In this document: one piece after another, positions 49,924 to 61,428 of the stretch
Numbering within the stretch: position 1 is the first letter of the stretch
How the letters are laid out: each line of letters starts with the position of its first letter
NCBI RefSeq assembly: GCF_963921235.1
Contig: NC_086097.1
Span: forward strand, 124,436,001 to 124,500,000
Origin: Mobula hypostoma
Lineage: Eukaryota
Length of the DNA: 64,000 nt
Reading direction: 5' to 3'
Notes under the pieces: model-generated
Seen by the model: the letters and a program-made list of their open reading frames with translations, nothing else
Database searches by the model: none
Told to the model about the DNA's origin: nothing
Translations under genes and position numbers: made by a program

Positions 49924-50263
49924 ACAACTCTAGTTCTCACTATCATTTATTTATTTATTATTTGCACAATTTGGCTTATTTTGCACATTGACTGCTTGTC
50001 AGTCTATGTTTAGAGATAGTTTCCATAAATTCTATTATATTCCTTTATTTTCCTGTAAGTGCCTGCAAGAAAATAAATCTCAATCTGATGTATACTGTAC
50101 ATACTTTAATAATAAATTTTGACCTTGACTTTGACAATGTTCCGTTAAGTTAAAATTTACTCTTTCCTATCGATCTCTCTCAAGCAACACCCATGCCGCA
50201 TCATGAATCGGAAGTCAATTCTACCTGGCAGCTGATCACAGATCCTTCCTGAAGTTCCCATCC

Positions 50264-50545
50264 CAATTTCCACCCATCATCCAATTCAACACTCCAAACT
50301 TCCCCTTGACACCAGAAAAAAGAAGAAAGACCTTTGTGTTTGTTGAACATGTGAATTCATGCCCAATAAAATTTTACACTCATGATGTTCCAACCCATGA
50401 AATCTCAATTTCCATCCATCACCAAGTTCAACACTCCAAACCTCCCCTTGACACGAGAATAAGAAAAAGAAACTCCTCTGTGTTTGTTGAACATGCAAGG
50501 CCTGTTCTGCTACTTGTAAATTCACGCACAATAAAATTTTACACC
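50264..50545. repeat. Diverged ~142-bp tandem duplication
   Basis: caatttcca.ccatca..ttcaacactccaaac.tccccttgacac...tgtgtttgttgaacatg...aataaaattttacac occurs twice (from 50264 and 50406). Confidence 0.88.
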
Positions 50546-52562
50546 AGTTCCAAAACATGCCACAACTTTCCTTACATTACCTATCCAATAGGCTTGTCCT
50601 TTTGGGAGGATTTCTAGGCCTCCTCCTTCTATCGAGGTGATGATGTAGTCGGATGTTGGTCCCACAGACCAGCCAGGCAGAGAGTTGGAAATGTCAGCAA
50701 GATCTGGGATTGGTGCTTCGTCCCGGGAGGTGGAACAAGAGCTGGAGACCCCCTAGGTCTGTGAATCACGAGATCAGAGCTTGAGGCCAAGGGTTTGGGG
50801 TCTCACCGTTGGTGGGTCCGGAACTCAAAGCCTGGAGTTCAGGTCCTCTTCCATCATCATTGGGAAGTCCTGGGGATGATATTGAAGATCGGAGCCCGAA
50901 GGTTGATTGGAAGTCCAGAGATTGAGGCCTGACAGCAGGGCTTGATGGTGGAACAATTAGGAACCAAAAACCCAAAACCACAATGCAACAACGTGCACAG
51001 GGCAGTGGCTGTAGCTGACTGGGAGACTGACATCCGTCATAGCTCTGTGAGGTGGTGTCATCTGATTTGGCGTGGTTCCTCAGGCAGCCATCTGTTCTCT
51101 GCTCTGGAACCACAGTGTCAGAGTGGCAGCTGAGACTCCTATACCAGCTGGTGTCCAGTGGTCTGCAGGAAGCCACTCAACACCCGACCCATTTGTTTCA
51201 TCTGAAACCAACGGATGTACAGGCAACTGAAGAAATAGGGAGACAGAACACCATACAGGCCCTTCAGCCCACGATGTTGTGCTTCCCTTTTAACCCACTC
51301 TTTGATCAATATAATCCTTCCCTCCTACATAACCCTCCATTTTTCGATCATCCTTGTGCCTATCTAAGAGTTTCTTAAATGCTCTAAATGTAACTGCCTC
51401 TACCACCACCCCTGGCAGGGTGTTCCACTCACTCCACCGCTCTCTGTGTTTTAAAAAAATCTGACCTTTGACATGTTCCCATGTGCTTTCCACAAATCAC
51501 CTTAAAATTATGCCTCCAGGTAGCAGCCATCTCTGTCCTGGGGACAAAGTCTCTGGATATCCACTTGTACCCCCTTATCAATTCACCTTCATTCCAGAGA
51601 GGAAAAATCCCCAGCTCGCTCAACCTATCCTCATAAGACATGCTCTCTAGTCCAGGCAGAATCCTGGTGAATGTCCTCTGCACCTTCTCTAAAGCTTCCT
51701 CATCCTTCTAATAATGAGGCGACCCGAACTGAGCACAATATTCCATGTGTAGTCTAACCAGGGATTTATAGAGCTGCAACATTACCTCGTGGCTCTTGAT
51801 CTCAAGTGCCTGACTAATGAAGGCAAACACACCATACGATTTCTTACGTTGTAATTGTGACGTAGCTGAAAGTAATCAAATATTGAAAGGCTTGGATAGA
51901 TGTGGAGAGGGTGTTTCCAAAGTAGGGGAGTCTATGACCAGACGGTCTTGTGTCTTATGGTCTTAATTGTGATTTGGAGATCTGAAACAGTGTTTTATCT
52001 AAGAAACCCTGCTTTGGGACATTTGATAGTTTTCACAAGCAAACCCCAGTGCTCTGAAATCACACGTGGGTGCAGACAGTTGACCGCCTGGGAAACACTG
52101 AACTCTTTTGTACAGTGCTGGTCTCCGAGATACAAAGGAATTAGTGCCAGTTCAGAGAAACGTCAGACAGATGCCTGAGAGTGTAGGAGAAAACAGCAAA
52201 AATTCAGTTCCTGAAATGACATGAAGAAATCTGTCTTCACACCAAGTGGGAATCAGAAACCGAGCCAAATTGTTTTGCTCAGGCAGTGATCTCTTTGCTT
52301 CTGAATGAGGAAGAAGAGGAGTATTGCAAGTAGGATAACCCGAAATCAGAATCAGGTTTATTAGCATTCACATACAGTGTGTTGTGAAATTCGTTGATAT
52401 GCAGCAGCAGTACAGTGCCATAAATAAAAATACGATAAATTTCAATAGCATGTATAAATAAACACACAATAATATTTAATACTTTGAATATTAAATAAAA
52501 TAGTGATACAATGTTTATGTTGACTGACAAAGATCCACTGTACAAAAGAGGACAAATCATGC

Positions 52563-54790
52563 ATAGAACATAGAATAGTACAGCACAGTACAGGCCCTTC
52601 AGCCCACAATGTTGTGCCGACCCTCAAACCCTGCCTCCCATATAATCCCCCACCTTAAATTCCTCCATATACCTGTCCAGTAGTCTCTTAAACTTCACTA
52701 GTGTATCTGCCTCCACCACTGACTCAGGCAGTGCATTCCACGCACTAACCACTCTCTGAGTAAAAAACCTTCCTCTAATATCCCCCTTGAACTTCCCACC
52801 CCTTACCTTAAAGCCATGTCCTCTTGTATTGAGCAGTGGTGCCCTGGGGAAGAGGTGCTGGCTATCCACTCTATCTATTCCTCTTATTATCTTGTACACC
52901 TCTATCATGTCTCCTCTCATCTTCCTTCTCTCCAAAGAGTAAAGCCCTAGCTCCCTTAATCTCTGATCATAATCCGTAATCTCTAAACCAGGCAGCATCC
53001 TGGTAAATCTCCACTGTACCCTTTCCAATGCTTCCACATCCTTCCTATAGTGAGGCGACCAGAACTGGACACAGTACTCCAAGTGTGACCTAACCAGAAT
53101 TTTATAGAGCTGCATCATTACATCACGACTCTTAAACTCTATCCCTTGACTTATGAAAGCTAACACCCCATAAGCTTTCTTAACTACCCTATCCACCTGT
53201 GAGGCAACTTTCAGGGATCTGTGGATATGTACCCCCAGATCCCTCTGCTCCTCCACACTACCAAGTATCCTGCCATTTACTTCGTACTCTGCCTTGGAGT
53301 TTGTCCTTCCAAAGTGTACCACCTCACACTTCTCCGGGTTGAACTCTATCTGCCACTTCTCAGCCCACTTCTGCATCCTATCAATGTCTCTCTGCAATCT
53401 TCGACAATCCTCTACACTATCTACAACACCACCAACCTTTGTGTCGTCTGCAAACTTGCCAACCCACCCTTCTACCCCTACATCCAGGTTGTTAATAAAA
53501 ATCACGAAAAGTAGAGGTCTCAGAACAGATCTTTGTGGACACCACTAGTCACAATCCTCCAATCTGAATGTACTCCCTCCACCACCACCCTCTGCCTTCT
53601 GCAGGCAAGCCAATTCTGAATCTACCTGGCCAAACTTCCCTGGATCCCATACTTTCTGACTTTCTGAATAAGCCTACCATGTGGAACCTTGTCAAATGTC
53701 TTACTAAAATCTAGATAGATCACATCCACTGCACTACCCTCATCTATATGCCTGGTCACCTCCTCAAAGAACTCTATCAGGCTTGTTAGACACGATCTGC
53801 CCTTCACAAAGCCATGCAGACTGTCCCTGATCAGACCATGATTCTCTAAGTACCCAGAGATCCTATCTCTAAGAATCTTTTCCAACAGCTTTCCCTCCAC
53901 AGACGTAAGGCTCACTGGTCTATAATTACCCAGACTATCCCTACTACCTTTTTTGAACAAGGGGACAACATTCGCCTCCCTCCAATCCTCCGGTACCATT
54001 CCCGTGGACAACGAGGACATAAAGATCCTAGCCAGGGGCTCAGCAATCTCTTCCCTCGCCTAGTGGAGCAGCCTGCGGAATATTCCGTCAGGTCCCGGGG
54101 ACTTATCCGTCCTAATGTATTTTAACAACTCCAAACCTCCTCTCCCTTAATATCAACATGCTCCAGAACATCAACCTCACTCATATTGTCCTCACCATCA
54201 TCAAGTTCCCTCTCATTTGGTGAATACCGAAGAGAAGTATTCATTGAGGACCTCGCTCACTTCCACAGCCTCCAGGCACAACTTCCCATTTTTACCTCTA
54301 ATTGGTCCTACCTTCACTCCTGTCATCCTTTTTTTCTTCACGTAATTGAAGAATGCCTTTTGGGATTTTCCTTTACCCTACTCGCCAAGGCCTTCTCATG
54401 CCCCCTTCTTGCTCTTCTCAGCCCCTTCTTAAGCTCCTTTCTTGCTTTCCTATATTCCTCAATAGACCCATCTGATCCTTGCTTCCTAAACCTCATGTAT
54501 GCTGCCTTCTTCCACCTGACTAGATTTTCCACCTCACTTGTCACCCATGGTTCCTTCACCCTACCATTCTTTATCCTCCTCACCGGGACAAATTTATGCC
54601 TAACATCCTGCAAGAGATCTCTAAACATCGACCATATGTCCATAGTAAATTTCCCTGCCAAAACATCATCCCAATTCACACCCACAAGTTCTAGCCTTAT
54701 AGCCTCATAATTTGCTCTTACCCAATTAAAAATTTTCCTGTCTTCTCTGATTCTATCCTTTTCCATGATAATGCTAAAGGCCAGGGAGCG
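52563..54790 (-). mobile_element. CR1-type LINE, longest copy (~2.2 kb, 5'-truncated ORF2 with few disablements)
   Basis: ORF 52624..53505 (293 aa, KFADDTK), ORF 53622..54020 (NYRPVSLTS, YLDFSKTFDKVPH) and GDSDH endonuclease end; (TTCTA)n-like tail. Confidence 0.95.
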
Positions 54791-56074
54791 GTGGTCACTG
54801 TCGCCCAGAAAGCAAACAATAAAAAACGTACAGAACATGAACAGCAGTGTCCCAGAAAGTGAGTCCACAGCCGCGCAGTTAGTATTGGCACTGAGGGGAG
54901 TGAAGCCTGTCCAGGAGCCCGAAGGCTGCAGGGCTACAATTGCTCCCGAACCTGGCGGCGGGGGACACAGGACCCCTGTGCCTTCCGCCCGGCGGTAGTA
55001 GCGGGAAGAGGGAGACAGGTCAAACACAGGCAGGCGAGACTGGCTGGCAAGGAGTGATGGGGTTGAATGCCTGGTGGTATGGGGTTGAGAACAGGGGTTC
55101 CCAACCTGGGCTCCATGGAGAACGCCTAGCTTAGAGGGATAGGGGCTGAATGCAGGAATTTGAGACCAGGCAAGTTGGTAGCGTGGACTTGCCTGGCTGA
55201 TGGGCCTGTATCCTTGCTGTAATATTCGATGACTCCCCATGTTAAGATGCACAGTTCAGTCTTGGAGTGGTCCTGTACTTCCTGCCTGTTATATTGGAGA
55301 CTAGAGAGGTCACATACCACTGAGGAAAACAGATGCTCAATTTTAACTTATCTCTCCCATTACAAAGGTCGTCTGCTCTCCATTTGCTCTGAATTACATA
55401 GAACGCTGCAGCATAGTCGAAGCCCCTCGGCCCACGATGTTGTGCTGACTATTTAACCTACTCCAAGATCAATCTAACCCTGCGTCCAACATAGCCCTCC
55501 ATCTCTCTATCATCCACATTCCTATCAAGAATTTCTTAAATGGTCCTAATGTAAATGTTTCTATCACCAACCCCGGAGGGGCATTCCACTCACCCACCAC
55601 TCTTTGTGTAAAAAAAACGTGCCTCTGACATCCCCACTATACTTCCCTCCAAAATCATGCCCCCTTCTATTAGCCATTTCCACCCTGGGAAGAAGTCTCA
55701 GGCTGTCCTTTTGATCTATGCTTCCTATCATGTACATCTCTATCATCTGCCCTTGCTCCAAAGGGAAAAGCCCCAGCTCACTAAACCTACCCTCTAGGCA
55801 GCTTCCTGACAAATTTACAGACATAGTAACTGATAGAAATCCTGCTTGAAGTTATCTTCCCCTCAGGAGGTCTCACTCTCTATTTCAATGAACATCAAGT
55901 GTAATTCACCTCAGAGGAGGGAACATTCCAACCTATTACATCAATAAAAGCTAACTTGATTCAATAGAAAACCTTTGTTGTAATTCACAGCCATCCCCTG
56001 TAACCACTCACCTTTTGAACTCAGCAAGGTGGTTTTGGGCCAAGATCCTTTATCAGGCCAGCGAGATGGTGACA

Positions 56075-56480
56075 AGTGGGAAATTGAGGGAACATGCACC
56101 AGCCCTCATCGAGGTATCAGCAATGGAAAGAGTGAGCAGTTTCAAGCTCCTGGGAGTCAACATCTCTGAAGATCTATCCTAGTCCCAACATATTTATTCA
56201 ATTACAAAGAAGGCATGTCAGTCGCTGTATTTCATTAGGAGTTTGAGGAGATTTGGAATGTCACCAAAGACTATCAAACTTCTATTGACGTACCAAGGGG
56301 AGCATTCTAATAGGCTGGAACACCATCTGGTATGGGACACAAATATACAAAATCGGAACCCATGAACCCACATTTTTTATATTCCTTATTGTAATTTATA
56401 GAAAGTTTTATGTATCGCACTCTACTGATGCTGCAAAACAACAAAGTTCACTTCAATGATAAAAAACCCGATTCTAATTC
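56075..56480 (+). mobile_element. Rex1/Babar-like LINE fragment
   Basis: ERVSSFKLLGVNISEDLS..LYFIRSLRRFGMSPKT. Confidence 0.75.
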
Positions 56481-56506
56481 GGTAAAATGTTTCCACCAAT
56501 GACATA

Positions 56507-56525
56507 CACTGCCATCTAGAGGTGA
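56507..56525 (-). promoter_or_regulatory. Candidate CTCF core motif
   Basis: Minus strand CACCTCTAGATGGCAGTG fits CCASYAGRKGGCRS with one mismatch; lies in non-repeat intron sequence. Confidence 0.3.
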
Positions 56526-57692
56526 CAGAATTAACCACAGGAAGTTTCAGATTTCAGTTTGTTTAAAAGAAAGGCCAGCTTTAATTTTTAAGAGTTTTAA
56601 AGAGATTCAAAAAAATTGTGAGCATTTAAAAAAAATAAAAATTACATCCTAATGATGTTAATGCTCCTCCAAGTTGGCATGTTCAACAAGTATTTAATAA
56701 GCTATGTATTTAATGAAAAGCTGATGGAATTCAGTGAGTGAGGCAGCATCTGTAGAGGGAAATGGACGGTTGATGTTAGGATTTGGACCCTTCATCTGGA
56801 TACTCAACGATTTAGAAACAGCTTCAACCACGCCCCCCACCCCCAACATCAGATTTCTGAATGGTCCATAACCCATGAGCACTGCCACACCATCTTGATT
56901 TCTTTTTGCACTACTTATTTATTGGCCTCAGTGGCCACTTTATTAATTATACCTGCTCATTAATGCAAATAAATAATCAGCCATTCACGTGGCAGCAGCT
57001 CAATACATTAAAAGCACGCAGGCATGGTCAGGAGGTTCAGTTGCTGTTCAGGCCAAACATCAGAATTGGGAAGAAATGTGATCTAAGTGACGTTGATCAT
57101 GGAACTATTGTTGGTGTCAGACGGGGTGGTTTGAGCATCTGAGAAGCTGCCGATTGCCTGGGATTTTCACTCACAATCAGTCTCTGGAGCTTGCATAGAA
57201 TGGTGTTAAAAACAGTGAAAGATGTCCAGTGAGTGGCAGCTCGCTGGCAAAAATGCCTTGTGAAGGAGAGAGGAAAGCAGAGAATGGTCAGACTGGTTCA
57301 AGCTGACAGGAAGGTGACAGCAACTCACATAACTACTCATTACAACAGTGGTGTGCAGAGGAGCATTTCTGAACATACAACACATTGAACCTTGAAGTGG
57401 ACAGGCCACAATAGCAGAAGACCATGAATATACACTCAGTGGTCACTTTGCTGCGTACAGGAGATACTTAATAAAATGTCCACTGCGTACATTCCTTAGT
57501 TGCTAGTAGGTGGAATGAACATACAGGGTAGAGCAGAAAACTTCGGAATACTGAAAAAATTTCACTAAAACAATCATTTTACTGAATATACACTGAAGAT
57601 ATTCAGTGACCTGGAAGCATAGAAACAGAAAGGTACAGTAAAGAAACTATCCTTTTTAGAAATTGCTAAAAAGAAAAATATACTTTACCTAC

Positions 57693-57780
57693 CTTTTCCT
57701 GATCATTATTCTGCTGTTTCCATTCTGCGGGCTCCATAGTCTCACATATGGCAACTCAAAGGCATGTAGTTTTCTCAGCA
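57693..57780 (-). CDS. SNX31: SNX31-like internal exon B (88 nt, phase 1->2): (V)LRKLHAFELPYVRLWSPQNGNSRIMIRK(S)
   Basis: Acceptor gagcag and donor AG|gtaggt. Contains the SNX17/SNX31 signature RKLxxFELPYV. Phases are compatible with both neighbours. Confidence 0.93.
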
Positions 57781-58069
57781 CTGCTCCAAGATAATGAAAA
57801 AATAGTCACAACTGTGTCTTTTTCTATATATATTATAATACTTTGAAATGGAATCAATGGGAGTCTATAGAGGAAGAATGGAGAAGTGGAGTATACAGAG
57901 AATGTAAACAATGAGAGAAGGCACATTAGGCTCAGTGGAAAAACTGGAGGCCACATACCACCTAAAGAAACACATCTTCAACAGCTCAAATTAACCGTTA
58001 AAAATTTTCTCTGCCATTCTCTTTTTTCTGATTCACAACATAATAACCTCTAGAAATCGCGCATGGAAC

Positions 58070-59530
58070 ACATCTTAGATTTAATCACCCTTCCAGACTC
58101 CAGCGGGTACAGGCCCAGTGCCATACACTAATGTGTAGGTCCTCATATGTTACCCATTGCATTCCAAGAATAATTCTGGTGAACCTCCTCTGGACCCTCT
58201 CCACTGCCAGCACATCTTTTAGATAAGGGGCCTTAAACTGCTCACAATACTCCAAGTGTAGCCTAATGCATTATAAAACCTCACCATCACATCCTTGCTC
58301 TTATATTCTAGTCCTCTCAAAATGAATGCGAACATTATATTTCCCTTCCTTTACCACTGACCCAACTTGCAAGTTAACCTTCAGGGAATCCTGCATAAGC
58401 ACTCCCAACTTCCTTTGCACCTCTGAATTTTGAATTTTCTGCCTGTTTAGAAAATAGATTAGATTAAAGTCTGTCATGAGCCCTGTGGCTCATTAGGCCG
58501 GTGCTTATGCCGGCTTCTGTGGCGTGAAGCGACTGAGAGTACGAGACTCCCCCCTGGATAGGACACCAGACTATCGCGAGGTTAACCCCCAGCATTTTTG
58601 CCGGTACCCATTCCCAGCTGGGTAGACTGGAGCATTGTGCGGTTAAGTGCCTTGCTCAAGGACACACACGTTGCCCCGGCCAAGGCTCGAACCCACAACC
58701 TTCAGATCGCTAGTCCAAAGCCCTAACCACCCGGCCACGCGCCACATTTTAGAAAGTAGTCTACGCTTTTACTCCTTCTATCAAATTACATTCACTTCCT
58801 TACAAGATATTCCATCTGCCATTACTTTGCCTATTCTTCCAATCTGTCCAAGTCCTTCTGCAGACTCTCTGCTTCCTCAACACTACCGGCTCCTCCACCT
58901 ATCTTTGTATCATCTGCAAACTTGGCCACAAAGCCATCAATTCTGTCATCCAAATCATTGACATATGACATGAAAAGCTGCCCCAACACCAACCCCTGCA
59001 GAACATCATTTGTCACCGGCAGCCAACCAGAATAGGCCCCCTTTATTCCCACTCTTTGCCTCCTGCCAGTAAGCCAATCTTTTATGCATGCTATTATCTT
59101 TCCTGTAAAACCCACGGGTTTTTATCTTGATAAACAGCTTCAGGTGCAGCATCTTGTCAAAGGACTCTGAAAGTCTAAGTAAACAATACCCATTGACTCT
59201 CCTTTATCTATCCCACCAATTATTTCCACAAATAATTCCAACAGATTTGTCAGGCAAGATTTCATAAGGAAACCATGCTCATTTTAGCTTACTTTATCAT
59301 GCATCTCCAATTACCCTGAATCCTCATTATTAGGAATGGGATCCAACATTTTTCCAACCACTGAAGTCAGGCTAACAGACCTATAATTTCCTTTCTTCTG
59401 CCTCGCTCCTTTCTTGAAGAGTGAGTGACCTTTGCAAATTTCCAGTCTTCAGAACCATACCAGAATCTAGTGATTCTTGAAAGATCATTACTAATGCTTT
59501 TACAATCTCTTCAGCTGCTTCTTTCAACTC
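58070..59530 (-). mobile_element. CR1-type LINE, decayed RT region, split by a SINE
   Basis: ORF 58831..59115 WLTGRRQRV..VAKFADDTKIGG. Confidence 0.88.
58458..58747 (-). mobile_element. Full-length tRNA-derived SINE with CORE-like domain and (AATCT)n tail
   Basis: A box TGGCCGGGTGG, B box GGTTCGAGCC; TTTAGAAA(A/G)TAG duplicated at 58446-58457 and 58748-58759. Confidence 0.88.
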
Positions 59531-60335
59531 CGTGTTATCTTTCAGTTTGCTCCTACAACATGCAATAATTTCCCCAGTAACAGTGTAATAAGCGCGGTCA
59601 CCCATTGTATTACACCCTTCATTTGGAAGTGCATCGAACATTGGAAAATGCTTCAATAAATACAAGAAACTTGCAACTGGAAGCTATATCCCTGGAAAAT
59701 CATATTCCATTTCAGGGAGAATGAAAAAGACTTTAATAAGTGTGGTGCTGAGAGAAAACTGACCACACTTCAGAATTTCCAGGCCAGTGGCTGCTGAATG
59801 AAAGAACTTCCATTTGCATGGGGTAGCGATAATATATTTTGGGATTGTATAAAATGTCTGACAGATATTTTATCCAAACAATTATTGTTTGGATAAATCT
59901 TGGCTGAGGCATTGAACAGCTGATTAGATGGGGTCATACAGAGTTGATTCATGGAAACAGGAAATTAGGACAATCTAGTCTGCTCTGTCTATCAAACCTC
60001 CGCTTTTAGATTAGGGTTGGTGTAAAAACCAAACCTGACCTAAAGCATTTATTCTCTCCACATCCTCATCAATTCAGACTGAATTCTGCCAGTCAACAGC
60101 ACATTAGAGGTAAACCTGGGTTAACTGGCCACTATAGTCATGCAGTCATGGGGTGAGGGGGAACTGGAGGGAGAGGAGCAGGGGAAGGAGAAGTTGAGGG
60201 GGCGAGGGCAAGTGAGGGAAATAGACAAAGAAACATTGCACCATTTGTGAATGTCTTCCACCTCTCAAGTAGATGCTTCTCACATTAGTCCACCACCAGA
60301 CTGCCTTATGGAGTGAAATTGAATTTGGAACTCAC

Positions 60336-60426
60336 CAGAGTATCCTCCTTCAGCATGTTCACAAACGAGATACAAGGTGAAATATTCCAAAAGGTGCCTC
60401 GGTAGTTCAATTTTCTGGGCTGCAAT
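60336..60426 (-). CDS. SNX31: SNX31-like sorting nexin, internal exon A (91 nt, phase 0->1): IAAQKIELPRHLLEYFTLYLVCEHAEGGYS(V)
   Basis: Acceptor ttttaaaag and donor G|gtgagt on the minus strand. Peptide aligns with the SNX17/SNX31 FERM-like segment (recalled SNX17 AAKLDLPDDLIGYFSLFLV, SNX31 KIGLCRELLGYFGLFL). Splices in frame to the next exon. Confidence 0.9.
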
Positions 60427-61296
60427 CTTTTAAAAGCAAATCACCTCATTACTGAAGAACATTTCTCGCAGAGAGAAAAAACATTTTAAGAATTAAGAGA
60501 AATTTGACTCAATTAGCTACTGCAAGGGAAAGTTGTTAAGAAACAGGAGAAGGCCATTGGGAGCAATCCCATCAATGAGAATCAATATCTAATTATTTAT
60601 AAGAGTTGATTAGGAGTTAATTTATGTAATATTCTGAACATAGGAGAGGTAAGACTTACCCACACGGACACAATGAGATAAATCTTTTGTGATTCTAACA
60701 TACAGTATATTGAAGCATTTGCTGTTTATGAAGCAAGAAGTTCAAACCAGGACCACAGACTGCTAAGTTGGCCTTTGCTTTTTTTTTGGTCCCTTCTCAC
60801 AACTTTCCAATGTTAGAAGATTTCTTTTGGAACTATCCTCCAGCAGATTACCAGGTGTAACACATTGAAACTTGGGAATCTTTGGCTCATAATCGCTCAA
60901 ACTGGAGAAGAGGTGCTTGAGATGGCACTGAAAACTCTGGGTCCAGGCATCAGGGTGTACAGAAGTGTAAGATAAGCCCTGAAAAAAGCTCACCATTTCC
61001 CAACCCACCAAGCTCCTCCACCTGGAGCAAAGCTCACCATTTCCCAAACCACAACACTGCTGAAACCACCAACTCCTCCACCTGGAGCAAAAATCTGCAG
61101 ATCCTACATTGGCCTCAAGATTTTTTATTTCCATGCTTCAGTACACGTGACAAGGAGAACAAAATGATTGTTACTCCAGATCTGATACAGCATTAAAAAA
61201 AACAGAGCATAAAAAATACAATAAATACAATACAAGAACAATCTTATAAAACAAAATACGTAAGTAACTGTTCATAGTGGCCATATATACATAAAT

Positions 61297-61334
61297 TAGT
61301 CCTGACGAAGGGTCTCGGCCTGAAACGTCGACTG
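61297..61334 (+). ncRNA. Minimal type I hammerhead ribozyme motif (Penelope-associated)
   Basis: Stem I UAGUC/GACUG, core CUGACGA, stem II GGGU(CUCG)GCCU, GAAA, then C-GUC with predicted cleavage after 61329. Confidence 0.75.
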
Positions 61335-61428
61335 CGCCTCTTCCTATAGATGCTGCTTGGCCTGCTGCGTTCACCAGCAACTTTGATGTATGTTGCTTGA
61401 ATTTCCAGCATCTGCAGAATTCCTGTTG
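61297..61428 (+). mobile_element. 132-bp Penelope-type terminal-repeat insertion with perfect 11-bp TSD
   Basis: TATACATAAAT at 61286-61296 and 61429-61439; CpGs retained. Confidence 0.88.

Noticed and set aside
54338..55252. 304-aa ORF as a host gene
   Set aside because: Its C-terminal half is CR1 ORF2 and its N-terminal half is chance read-through from flanking repeat sequence.
57781..57786. Tandem GAGCAG acceptor at exon B
   Set aside because: GAG is rarely used as an acceptor; no evidence for alternative use.
58470..58520. CTAATGAGCC..GGCTC at the SINE 3' end as a hammerhead
   Set aside because: No correctly placed GAAA or cleavage triplet; more likely a LINE-recognition stem-loop.
59600..59720. 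Acceptor-like ttttccag on the minus strand between exons A and B
   Set aside because: No family homology, and exons A and B already join in frame.
14540..61428. Recurrent ~35-bp motif GATGCTGCCTGACCTGCTGAGTTCCTCCAGCA as a CRISPR repeat
   Set aside because: Dispersed, in both orientations, no regular spacers and no cas genes; it is a eukaryotic interspersed repeat.
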